A DNA stretch of 64,000 bases from an uncultured Pseudomonadota bacterium (GCA_963843375.1 CAWJKT010000006.1:309047-373046), one strand, 5' to 3'; shown: positions 41,599 to 51,482, counted from the stretch's first letter. Numbers and translations: made by a program. The notes: generated by a model from the letters alone, not told the origin.

Positions 41599-41627
41599 AC
41601 TATACCAATGAGAAAAGCGATTGTCAA
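41599..41627 (-). promoter_or_regulatory. sigma70 promoter of the ilv leader
   Basis: TTGACA-N17-TATAGT on the minus strand. Confidence 0.85.
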
Positions 41628-41646
41628 GCCGGGGAACTGTAAAGAC

Positions 41647-42345
41647 TTAACGAGCGAAAAAATGGATCAAACACCATATCAGGCCTAGGACAATTCCCCA
41701 TGCCGCAAAGGAATTTTTAAAATCATCCCACCAGATCATCCCCTTGGTATCGGACAAATAACGCCTAAACCGTCCTAAAAAATAAAGTAGAGGGGGTAAG
41801 AGAATCACCAAAATCACAGCCAGCAATACGGCTTGATTTTGTAACTCCTGGCGTTTCAACATTTTCAAAGCCAAAAACAGCGTGATCAAAACCATCATGG
41901 ATTGAGCGATCCAGAAACTGACGTACTCCAAAAGATGGGGCGGCAATTGAAATAGGGTGGTTTGCCAGGACGAGTCCGTAATTAAAGTAGCATTATTTCC
42001 CTCCGGAAGTCTTGTTCCGCAACGGTAACAAAATTTGACCGTCTTCCCTTTGGAAAATAAGCTTTGATTCAAAATCGCGTGTTTATGCTGGCAGGATTGG
42101 ACAATCCATCCAATCGAGATGGCGAACCAAACACTGAGGGCGATTTGAAGCAATAACCCAATCCAAACAAATTGGTAATCAAAGTTGCTGGAAATCAACG
42201 TCAAGGACAGGTTCAAGAAAATGAACCAATACCAGGGTTCCAACACGCGAATATGGCGAATGTCATCCGAAACCTCCAGGAAAAACCGCCAAGCCTTTGA
42301 GGTTAGCAGGATCAAGATGATCAAGAAGATAAAAGTGAGGATCAA
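41647..42345 (-). CDS. membrane protein with an internal CxxC (partial zinc-ribbon-like) motif
   Basis: Several transmembrane segments; CQH...FCYRCG. Confidence 0.6.
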   Translation of the reverse strand: MILTFIFLIILILLTSKAWRFFLEVSDDIRHIRVLEPWYWFIFLNLSLTLISSNFDYQFVWIGLLLQIALSVWFAISIGWIVQSCQHKHAILNQSLFSKGKTVKFCYRCGTRLPEGNNATLITDSSWQTTLFQLPPHLLEYVSFWIAQSMMVLITLFLALKMLKRQELQNQAVLLAVILVILLPPLLYFLGRFRRYLSDTKGMIWWDDFKNSFAAWGIVLGLIWCLIHFFAR

Positions 42346-42390
42346 TGAATTCCGCCTTTAATCAAAATATTTCGATGCAAGAATTAAACT

Positions 42391-44505
42391 CTAAAATTTA
42401 CTTTCAAGATAAGAAATTGCGTCTTGAACGTTAGTGTAATTCGGTTTGGAGTTGGCCGCCATTAAATAGGCTTGCCGGGCTTCCCGGGGCTGATGGTTGA
42501 GAAGGTAAAAGTTCCCTAATTTGTAATATAAATTCGCGGTGGGATAACCCATTTCAACTGCCCGGCGGATAGCCTGAATATTGGGCCCAAAGTCGCCGCC
42601 GTAATGATACTGAGCCACCCATTCCCCAAAGCAAGACTCCAAAAAAGGATCACCGATCATCAAAGAAAGGCCTTCGGACAGTTTTTGAATCATCACTAAA
42701 TATTGGCTTTGATCATTCATCGTGTTTTCGGACTGAACGCTTAATTGATGAAAATATCGATGGGCCAGGGCCCATTTTGAAAAAGTTTCACGATTTTCAG
42801 GAGTCAGGGTGATGATTCCAACGGCCGATCCCCCGTCTTCGGTGCGATAAGGCGTAACACGGTACCATTGGGAGGCGGGAAAACGCCTGGATAAAAAAGG
42901 AACATAATGGACATTGGTTACCAGGCCGGCCCATTTGGCGTCATCGATGCGGAATTTTGGATTCAATAAAGCGTTGAAATGGTAACTGGCGACATTCAAA
43001 GTGTGATCATGATCCAGAAGAATGAAGTCCGTGAAGATAAGTCCGGGGCCCTCCATTTGGGCCTGGGATTCCAATTTTTGGTAACCCCAGTAATTTTCGT
43101 CCCGGATGTTCGCGGCCGAATGAAAAACCGGAACGGCAACATCGGAATTTTTGAGCAAATGAATTAAATCCAATGAAAAAGAGCAAAAGAGAACAAGCGC
43201 AAAAAAAGCCGAACGGTTTTCTTTGGAAATCAACTCAAGCAGCCAAACCAATCCGATACTGGCGACGAGGATCAAAAAGGGCATCAATTGGATAACACGG
43301 AACATTTCAACGTGATCCGCCGACAAAAATCCTGGTAATCCAAATAAAACAAGGGCCCCCAAGAGTGCCCACTCCAGCCCTCCCTTTTTTTCTTTCAAAA
43401 GACGGATCGCGCCGATAAAAAAGCAGGAACCTAGGAGGGGATTCAACATTCCACCCCAAACAGGCCCGTAGCCGGCGGAACCTTGAAGGGTTCCCCAAAA
43501 CAAGGCCGTAAAGTAAGCGATTGAATTTAAAAACTGTTCTTTCCAATTGAAATAACCGCTTAAGAACGAAACACCAAAAACATAACCGCCAAACTTTTCA
43601 CGGATGGCCGCGACCAGCCAGGGAATGGAGCTTAAAACCAGGAAAAAAAGGAAAACTCCGAGGAACTTAAATCGATGGAGGCGCTCTTTGGCTTCCAAGA
43701 CCGCCACCACCAGAATCAAAAAGAAAACCACCGCGAACCAAGAAGTATAGGCCCAAGTTCCCAGGCCCGCACAAAGTCCCAAACTCGAGGCGAATAGGGT
43801 TTTGAATTTTGGGGAGGAAGATTTCAAGAAATAACCCAACAATAAAAATGCGGTCGTTTCGAAAATCGGGATCAAAACGCCCTGAACGCAATATCGACCG
43901 AAACACATGGGCCAAAAACCAATGGCGGTTAAAACAAAATAAACCGCTGAAACATTTTTGGAGAAGAATTGACGGGCCGTCCAATAACTCATGAAAACAA
44001 AAAAAGTCGATAGACAAGCCGGTAAAAACCAAAGATTTAAAAAAGGGGATGTAAAATCCTGAAAAAACCATTTCAACAGCCAAATGAGCAGAGGAGGATG
44101 CTGCCCAGTCGTGTAGAAGAATCTCCAGTTCCAATTTTGGATAAGATCAATGGCGAATAAACCTTGAAGGCCTTCATCCCCCGAGGGCCATAAATGAAAA
44201 GTTTGAAGCCGGTAAAACCGTAAAAAAACAGCTGCGATTGAAAAAAGGACGAAAAATATCTTCGGGAAAACAAGAACGTCGGAATCTGGCTCCAAAAGAA
44301 CGGAGGGCCGAAGGGAAAGCTGAATGGTTCTGAGGACTAAATAAATTGGAAAGACTATCCCCAATATCAAAAGCAGTACTTTTGTTTGAATGTCAAAAGA
44401 GAAGAAAGATAAAAGAGCCCCGGTGAAGCTAAGCAAAAGAAAGAGAAGCCACAAACCCATACCCTTTTTAGACTCGGATAATTTCAAATCAACCTCAATC
44501 CACAA
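42391..44505 (-). CDS. GT-C (PMT/ArnT-like) membrane glycosyltransferase with a C-terminal TPR
   Basis: LRFYRL...WPSGDEG acidic loop, HPPL, many transmembrane helices, TPR (LYYKLGNFY...AYLMA). Confidence 0.78.
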   Translation of the reverse strand: MWIEVDLKLSESKKGMGLWLLFLLLSFTGALLSFFSFDIQTKVLLLILGIVFPIYLVLRTIQLSLRPSVLLEPDSDVLVFPKIFFVLFSIAAVFLRFYRLQTFHLWPSGDEGLQGLFAIDLIQNWNWRFFYTTGQHPPLLIWLLKWFFQDFTSPFLNLWFLPACLSTFFVFMSYWTARQFFSKNVSAVYFVLTAIGFWPMCFGRYCVQGVLIPIFETTAFLLLGYFLKSSSPKFKTLFASSLGLCAGLGTWAYTSWFAVVFFLILVVAVLEAKERLHRFKFLGVFLFFLVLSSIPWLVAAIREKFGGYVFGVSFLSGYFNWKEQFLNSIAYFTALFWGTLQGSAGYGPVWGGMLNPLLGSCFFIGAIRLLKEKKGGLEWALLGALVLFGLPGFLSADHVEMFRVIQLMPFLILVASIGLVWLLELISKENRSAFFALVLFCSFSLDLIHLLKNSDVAVPVFHSAANIRDENYWGYQKLESQAQMEGPGLIFTDFILLDHDHTLNVASYHFNALLNPKFRIDDAKWAGLVTNVHYVPFLSRRFPASQWYRVTPYRTEDGGSAVGIITLTPENRETFSKWALAHRYFHQLSVQSENTMNDQSQYLVMIQKLSEGLSLMIGDPFLESCFGEWVAQYHYGGDFGPNIQAIRRAVEMGYPTANLYYKLGNFYLLNHQPREARQAYLMAANSKPNYTNVQDAISYLESKF

Positions 44506-44535
44506 AAATTTAACTTTTCAGGAGATAGTCATTAT

Positions 44536-46614
44536 TCAGTTTTCGATGGTCAAATCGTTTCCGATTTTAAATTTGGGCTCCAGTTCCAAGGCCGTTTGGA
44601 GGGCTCCATGCGCCTCAACGGTTCGATGCTGCTGGGATAGGAGAAGGGACAACTTTTGATATAAATGAACGGCCGGATAACCCTTTTGTATAGCATTTTG
44701 CAAGGCCGCAATATTTTCCAAATAAGAGGGCCTAAAATAATATTGGGAAACCCATTCCCAATAACTAGCCTCCATAAAACGGTCGCCTTTGACCCCATCA
44801 TAGCTTTTGATAAGGTTTTGAATGGATTGGTCATAGGTTCTTTTTTGGTTATAGCTTCCCTCCCCTTCCAATTGGAGTTGATGAAAAATCATTTGGGCTT
44901 TCATCCAATTGTCCATGACCTCTCGATTGTCTTGGGTAATGGATAAAACTCCAAGGGCCAATCCTCCCTCTAACGACGGGGGGCCATTTCCCACCCAATA
45001 CCATTTCGATTCTGGAAAACGCTTGGCCAAGAAAGGCTGATATTGAATGTTGGTTAAGATGGCGGCCCAACTTGCTTTTCCAGGATCCAACTCGGGGTTA
45101 AAGGCCGAGTTAAAGGGGTAGGTTGTGACAAAAAGGGAGTGGCCATATTTAACGGGAAGAAAATCCGTAAAAATGACCCCGGGGCCCTGATTTAAACGAA
45201 TGGAGTTTAATATTTGATAAGCTTTAAGATCCGGATTTAAGGAAGCCCCAGCGTCCACCGTCTTGATTTTGAAATATTCCATGGCAGGTTTCAAAAGATG
45301 GGCTCCATCCAGAAAAGAGGACAAACCCAGCAACCCTAAAAGGGCGATTATCCTCCACTTTCCGCCCCTTATTTCCAAGAGAAGCATTTGTAAACCCAAA
45401 ACAACAATTAACAATAAAAACGGCATCACTTGGATGATCCGATTCAATTCAACGTAATCCCCCGACAGGAAGGAGGGCAATAAACAAAGGGTTAAAGCCA
45501 GGGCAATACATTTGGATCGTGTTTCGTGCCGTTGCTGATACAAACCCAAAACACCAATAAAGAAACAAGAAGCCAAGATAGGATTTAAAATTCCACCCCA
45601 AGTCGGGCCATAGGAGGTATCGCTTTGCAATGAACCCCAAAAAAGCGAGGTGATATAGGATAAGTGGGTAATAACTTGGTGTGAATTGGAAAACCAATTG
45701 CCCAAAGCCGAGGAGTCAACCAAATGATGGCCATAACCCTCTCTAAAAGAAGCCACAGCGAATGGAAGAGAACCCAACACCAAGAAAATAAAAAATAAAA
45801 TAGAATTCGAAATTAATTTTTTATAAGCAAGAATTAAAATGACGATCAATAAAAAAATCAAAACAAAAATCCAGGAAATAAAAGTGAAAGTGCCCAGGCC
45901 GCACCAAATTCCCAATAATGACGGCCACAAAATGGGTTTGGGTTTAAGGGGACTTTTGATCCAACGATACATAAGTAAAAAACTGGAAAATTCCCAAAAA
46001 GGAATAAAAAGCCCTTGATGACAAAAACGGCTGGAATAGATCGGCCAAAAGCTGAAAGCCAATAAAAATGTGAAGAGGATGGAAGCGGATTTGGATAAAA
46101 ATTTCAGGCCCCAAAAATAACCTAATAGAACCGCGATGGCCGAAAACAAAGCGGGTAATAACCACAACGCCACAAAGGGGGATTTAAATATTTTAAAAAA
46201 TAGAGCAAGTGCCCAAATGAGCAGGGGGGGATGTTCGCCCACCGTGTAAAAGAATTGCCAATTCCAATTTTTCAATAACGAAAGTGCCAAAAAACCGTGA
46301 AGCGCCTCATCCCCCGTAGGCCATAAATAAAATTGGGTTATTCTAAAAAAACGGATCATTAAGGAAAGGGACCCCAACGCAACACAAATTACCGTGGGAT
46401 TTGAAAGCGTAAAGGTTTCTTTTTGACCTATTTTTTCCATCCCCTCTTGAGCGACGAGGGATCTCAAGGAGAAAACGGCGGGAAGGAGAATCCCGCAAAA
46501 GAAGATCCATCCTTTTACTTGATAAGAAAATGCCGAAAAAGATGTAAAACAGTTGGAAACAAAAAAAAGGAAGAAATAAATCCAAAAATAAATTTTTTGA
46601 TTTTCACTTCTCAA
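44536..46614 (-). CDS. GT-C (PMT/ArnT-like) membrane glycosyltransferase, paralog of the downstream gene
   Basis: IRFFRI...WPTGDEA, HPPL, YGPTWGGILNP; probable TTG start overlapping the upstream stop. Confidence 0.78.
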   Translation of the reverse strand: MRSENQKIYFWIYFFLFFVSNCFTSFSAFSYQVKGWIFFCGILLPAVFSLRSLVAQEGMEKIGQKETFTLSNPTVICVALGSLSLMIRFFRITQFYLWPTGDEALHGFLALSLLKNWNWQFFYTVGEHPPLLIWALALFFKIFKSPFVALWLLPALFSAIAVLLGYFWGLKFLSKSASILFTFLLAFSFWPIYSSRFCHQGLFIPFWEFSSFLLMYRWIKSPLKPKPILWPSLLGIWCGLGTFTFISWIFVLIFLLIVILILAYKKLISNSILFFIFLVLGSLPFAVASFREGYGHHLVDSSALGNWFSNSHQVITHLSYITSLFWGSLQSDTSYGPTWGGILNPILASCFFIGVLGLYQQRHETRSKCIALALTLCLLPSFLSGDYVELNRIIQVMPFLLLIVVLGLQMLLLEIRGGKWRIIALLGLLGLSSFLDGAHLLKPAMEYFKIKTVDAGASLNPDLKAYQILNSIRLNQGPGVIFTDFLPVKYGHSLFVTTYPFNSAFNPELDPGKASWAAILTNIQYQPFLAKRFPESKWYWVGNGPPSLEGGLALGVLSITQDNREVMDNWMKAQMIFHQLQLEGEGSYNQKRTYDQSIQNLIKSYDGVKGDRFMEASYWEWVSQYYFRPSYLENIAALQNAIQKGYPAVHLYQKLSLLLSQQHRTVEAHGALQTALELEPKFKIGNDLTIEN

Positions 46615-47324
46615 TGAAACCAAACCTTGCCGATTTCCATTACGACAATGATTAAAAAACAAAAACTAAAAACGATCCTCCCTATTCTTGAAAAAACCAG
46701 GCTTCCGTTTCCCGATTGTTTTCTCAGGAACAAAAAAAGAAGATAATTCAAAAAACAGAACCCTAGAAAGCCAGCAGCCAATGAAACTTCCGGCTCTAAA
46801 TATTTGAAAGATTTAAAAGCAAGGGCTAATGAAATAACAAAATAAAACCCCATCCATCCAGCTAGCCAGTAAGAAATTAACTTTTCTTTCCACTTTGATG
46901 TTTCCGGCTGGTTTTCATCCCTCGGAACAACGTAACCCAGCGTGGAAAAAAAGAGATAAATAAACACCAAACCCGTTCCAAAAGACCCTAAAAAATCGTA
47001 AGTTTGAAATTGGATAGAAAGGGTGAAAACACTGTCAATCCACAATAAAAAATACGTCATTGAGATCCAACTGCAGATGATCCCGACAGTTAATATATTA
47101 ATCCAGCTCATTAACAACGCTCCAAGAACTACGCAAACAGCCACTGAACCGAATAAAATCCATTGGGTCAGGTTATTATTTGAGAAATCCGAAAGTTGAT
47201 TCATTACCAGAAAACCGTGGGGATCATTGAATATCGGGGTTAATAAAGCGAAAAGGGAAACAAGAATAGCGGTTAAAAAAAGTAAAAGAAAAACCTCAAA
47301 GAATTCCTTAACCTTTTTAAGCAT
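46611..47324 (-). CDS. membrane hypothetical protein
   Basis: About seven hydrophobic segments; strong GGAGG RBS. Confidence 0.65.
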   Translation of the reverse strand: MLKKVKEFFEVFLLLFLTAILVSLFALLTPIFNDPHGFLVMNQLSDFSNNNLTQWILFGSVAVCVVLGALLMSWINILTVGIICSWISMTYFLLWIDSVFTLSIQFQTYDFLGSFGTGLVFIYLFFSTLGYVVPRDENQPETSKWKEKLISYWLAGWMGFYFVISLALAFKSFKYLEPEVSLAAGFLGFCFLNYLLFLFLRKQSGNGSLVFSRIGRIVFSFCFLIIVVMEIGKVWFH

Positions 47325-47473
47325 TTATCCTCCCCTCACGGTTAATTACACAATTTTTTATAACCGTAACATCTGACAAAATGAAGGAGTATTAAAAAAG
47401 TTAAAAATCACTTTTAAGGTGAAAAATCCTCTTTTCATAAGGAAATCACCTGATAAATAACAATATAACCTAT

Positions 47474-47502
47474 TGACTCATAATATAACGTAATATATCA
47501 TA
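47474..47502 (+). promoter_or_regulatory. putative sigma70 promoter of the repeat-protein gene
   Basis: TTGACT-N17-TATCAT in an AT-rich divergent intergenic region. Confidence 0.5.
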
Positions 47503-47593
47503 ACTTTGTTTCGCTTTTCGTTCAAATGAACCTAACAAGTTTGCATCGAAGGTGTAATAGCTTAATTTTTCCAGCTAATTTAGGGAGGCTTAA

Positions 47594-48064
47594 ATGAAGC
47601 AAAAATGGTCGAAAGAAAAAATCGTCGAAATAATTCAAGAATTGCAAAAACAACATATCGACATATCCGCAAGTAACATCTCCAAAAACTATATTCCCCT
47701 TTTTACTGCCGCATGCTCAAGGCGTTATTTTTCCAGCTGGGCAAATGCCGTTAAGGCAGCCGGCATTGATTACGACCTGATTTTGGAGGCTGGGAAAAGT
47801 CGTCGTCGAAAAAAATTAACAAAATGGTCTAAAGAACAAGTTTTGGAAGAAGTCCGAAAAGCGGAATCCCAAAACTTACTGACGACTTACCGGGATCGTC
47901 TAGCTCTTTACTCTGCGGCTCGAAGGGAATTCGGAAGCTGGAAACAAGCCTTAGAAGCCGCAGGATATCGCTTGACGAAAGGTTCGCATAAAAATTCGAA
48001 TCAGATTTTTCGTTCCGAAGAGACCACACCAGGGACAAAGAAAATTATAGATTCAACTGTTTGA
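47594..48064 (+). CDS. two-repeat protein resembling homing-endonuclease-associated repeats; putative DNA-binding
   Basis: KWSKEKIVEII...FSSWANAVKAAG and KWSKEQVLEEV...FGSWKQALEAAG; GGGAGG RBS. Confidence 0.7.
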   Translation: MKQKWSKEKIVEIIQELQKQHIDISASNISKNYIPLFTAACSRRYFSSWANAVKAAGIDYDLILEAGKSRRRKKLTKWSKEQVLEEVRKAESQNLLTTYRDRLALYSAARREFGSWKQALEAAGYRLTKGSHKNSNQIFRSEETTPGTKKIIDSTV

Positions 48065-48663
48065 ATCTTTTGCTTGGTATTCTTCAATAAATCTGATGGG
48101 TTAAAACACTGCTTCAGGACCCTTGGAATTTCACGCCGGGGGTTGAGCCATCCCGCTTGACCAATAACCTGACTGATAATTAGTTTTTTTTATAGCCTAC
48201 AAACCCCTTTCTATCGTCACTTCCATCTTTTAAATACCCCAGAGGAGATTGCGGTCCTGCGCGAACTAATCCAGGCCGAACCCCTACAGGTTTCATGGAT
48301 TCCCTCTCTTTAAAAAGCCACACGGGCCCGCGATGGTTAGAACTCGACCGCCATTAATGGTAATTTCTCTTCACCTTAGAAGAAGTTCGACAATTGGAAG
48401 CTGACAAGGGACCTTAAATGTATTAATGCCACTTATTAAGACTGGGTGGGGCGATCGAATTGAGACCGTGAAGTATATTCCTAAAACGTAAAGGAAATGC
48501 CGATTTTATCGGTTTTATGCCTAAACCGATCTTCAAAGAACAAATAACTGCCAAGTTTTAAAATTAAATAAACTGGGGATGGATTTTTTATAACGAGGAT
48601 TATTAGGCGAACTGAAAGTTAACAACTACAAATGGTGCGGGAGTTAATCCTCAGGAAGGATTT

Positions 48664-49185
48664 CTAAAAATGATAAGCTAAAGCCAAAATCGGCTTGTTG
48701 TTTTCGCCCATATAAGCAACTGGTTTCAATCCATGTTCATCGTCATAATCCTTGGCGGCAACGGGAGCATGGGCCATATCGATTATCCACAAGCCTGTGA
48801 AAGCGATAACACCGCCCCATATTAAATTCGTTCCGATGTTGTCCGCATTCGCGGGACTACCTAAGATTCCACCCGAAAAGGTATTGGTATCAGACCTGAT
48901 TAAAACCCCAAGGCCAAATGAAACCACCGAAACAACTTCCCCAGTTAGCAGAACATTGCCCATCAGATAATCATCGGCGTAAAAATGGCCATAGCCGTGT
49001 ATTAAAATTCCCGGGAAAAAAGCCACGAGAAAGGCTTTATTAGGATCTTTATAAAAATAATCCTGATGGTTTGTTTCGAGGCTTCCAGACAGACCCGTGT
49101 CTGAATTCTGAGCCCAACTCTTGGAAACCATAAATAGAAAAACAACCAAAAGGAAAAACAGAATTTTACCCGTTAAATTTTTCAT
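48664..49185 (-). CDS. membrane/secreted hypothetical protein (TM2-like motif)
   Basis: Signal peptide; KDPNKAFLVAFFPG..GYGHFY. Confidence 0.6.
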   Translation of the reverse strand: MKNLTGKILFFLLVVFLFMVSKSWAQNSDTGLSGSLETNHQDYFYKDPNKAFLVAFFPGILIHGYGHFYADDYLMGNVLLTGEVVSVVSFGLGVLIRSDTNTFSGGILGSPANADNIGTNLIWGGVIAFTGLWIIDMAHAPVAAKDYDDEHGLKPVAYMGENNKPILALAYHF

Positions 49186-49283
49186 AGGTTACCCATTTGT
49201 TCTAATTCTATTTATTGGAAAGTAATTGGTCAAAAGAAAACTGGTTTTTAAATCTTTAAAAGACCCAAAGTTTAAGCTAAAAA

Positions 49284-49757
49284 CTAAGGATTAGCCGTGA
49301 CTTCCTTTTGCTTTTTCTCCCCTTGGGTTTCAGATTCAGACGCAGGCTTCTTGCTCTTTTCTTTTTTTTCGGTTTTCTTTTCCGATGTTTTATCTTCAGC
49401 GGGACGATCAACCAATTCTAAAAAAACCATCTCCGCGCCATCTCCCATTCGATTTCCCAATTTTAAAATTCTTGTATAACCGCCTTTTCGCTCTGCGTAA
49501 CGATAAATCAATGTCGTGAACAGTTTATTCACCACATCGCGTTCCCTTACGAAGCCAAGGACATGCCTTTTGGAGGCTAAAGTTTCTTTCTTGGCAACGG
49601 TTATCATTTTTTCGGCGTACCGGCGAATTTCTTTTGCACGAACTTTAGTGGTCTTAATTCTCTCGTGTTTTAAAAGGGACGTTACCATATTCCGAACCAT
49701 GGCGCGTCGATGAGCAGGCTGAACTCCCAAACGACCATGATGTGCTTGATGTCGCAT
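49284..49757 (-). CDS. rplQ: 50S ribosomal protein L17
   Basis: MRH...HERIKTT..RAKE, GGYTRI, GDGAEM. Confidence 0.97.
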   Translation of the reverse strand: MRHQAHHGRLGVQPAHRRAMVRNMVTSLLKHERIKTTKVRAKEIRRYAEKMITVAKKETLASKRHVLGFVRERDVVNKLFTTLIYRYAERKGGYTRILKLGNRMGDGAEMVFLELVDRPAEDKTSEKKTEKKEKSKKPASESETQGEKKQKEVTANP

Positions 49758-49775
49758 TACAAACTCCTATTCGAA

Positions 49776-50790
49776 TTAAACGATTGCTTCAACACGAGCT
49801 AAAGAGGGTGACTTGCCTTTTGCAAGAATAGAATCCACATCCATCCCAAAGGAAAGGCCCATTCCACCCAAAATTTCTTTTATTTCATTCAACGACTTTC
49901 TACCAAAATTCTTATATTTCAACATATCCGACTCTGTTTTCCGGACCAAATCTCCAATGGTTTTGATGTTGGCTGTCTTTAAACAATTCGCCGAGCGGAC
50001 TGAAAGCTCCAACTCTTCAACGCTCTCATTCAAAAGTTCACGAAGACGCTCTTCTTCCTCACTCACTGAGTCATCCTGTTGAATAGGCTCTTCCTCAAAA
50101 TTAATGAAGATTTGAAGAGAATCACGCAATATTTTAGAAGCATGAGCCAAGGCATCTTCCGGATGAATTCTCCCATCAGTCCAAATTTCCATAATCAATT
50201 TGTCATAATCCGTCATTTGCCCGATACGGGCAGATTCCACGGAATACTTCACCTGCGTTACCGGGGTAAAAATGGAATCCACAGGAATAACACCTATTGG
50301 CAGACCTTCCCGTTTGTTTCGTTCAGCAGGAGCATAACCGCGGCCTTCGCCGACTTCGATTTCAATATCCAAAACCGCATCCTCTTCAGTCAAGGTAGCT
50401 AAATGAAGTTGAGGATTCAGGATTTCAACATCGGCGTCTGTTTTGAATATCCGCGGCCACGACATTCCGCTCGCCTTTAACAGACAAGTGGAGAGTTTTG
50501 GTCCCCGAACTGAATAACTTAATTTTCAATTCCTTTAAATTCAAAATAATTTCGGTCGTGTCTTGCACTACCCCGGGAATAGAGGAAAATTCATGCGTGA
50601 CACCTTCAAATTTAACCGATGTAATTGCCGCGCCCGTTATTGATGAAAGAAGAATCCTTCGCAAGGAATTTCCAACGGATTGCCCATAACCTCTTTCAAA
50701 CGGCTCGGCAATAAATTTCCCATATGCCGGTGTGAGGGTATCTTTTTCATAATCTAAAAACTTCGGTATCTGAACATTTCCAATTTGCAT
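49776..50790 (-). CDS. rpoA: RNA polymerase alpha subunit (frameshift ~50446)
   Basis: [49 protein letters not shown]. Confidence 0.97.
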
Positions 50791-50848
50791 GATGCCTCCT
50801 GCTAAATTAGTCCTTGAAAAGGACCTATCTACACTTATAAAAAAAATT

Positions 50849-51470
50849 CTATTTCGAATACAATTCCACAATGAGCTGTTCTTGAATCGGCAACGCGATT
50901 TCATCTTTTGTGGGCACTTTTTTAAACGTGCCGGAAAAAGTTCCAGTGTCCACTTCCAACCACAATGGGACACCTCTTTTTTGAAGGGTTTCCAAGGACC
51001 GTTTTAGTCCAACATTTTCCTTAAACCTTTCCAAAATAGAAATCTTATCTCCCGCTTTCAAATTGTAAGATGGAATATCGACTTTTTTTCCATTTACCAA
51101 AATCATTCCATGTCGTACCACCTGCCGAGCTTGTCGACGGGACTCTGCGAAACCCAAGCGGTAGATGGTGTTATCCAGTCTTTGTTCTAACAACTGAAGA
51201 AGGGTTTCCCCCGTTACGCCTTTTTTCCTGGCGGCAATGGAAAAATACCGGCGGAACTGGCGTTCAAACAAGCCGTATATTCTCTTAACCTTTTGTTTTT
51301 CACGAAGCTGAAGTCCATATTCCGTGTCTTTCTTCCGTCTTTGCCCATGTTGACCGGGAGCATAACCCCGTACGTTCAAAAGCACATTTTTCTGTTTCGC
51401 AACGGGTTCCTTTTAAATAAAGCTTCATACCTTCGCGACGACAAAGGCGGCATACTGATTGAGTACCCAT
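50849..51470 (-). CDS. rpsD: 30S ribosomal protein S4, Cys/Zn type (frameshift ~51372)
   Basis: Upstream frame [24 protein letters not shown]...C; PGQHG, LREKQK, IVELYSK. Confidence 0.97.
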
Positions 51471-51482
51471 GGACAAACTCCT

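Noticed and set aside
47594..48663. Mobile intron or homing endonuclease element
   Set aside because: There is no nuclease motif, interrupted host gene, terminal repeat or recognisable intron core
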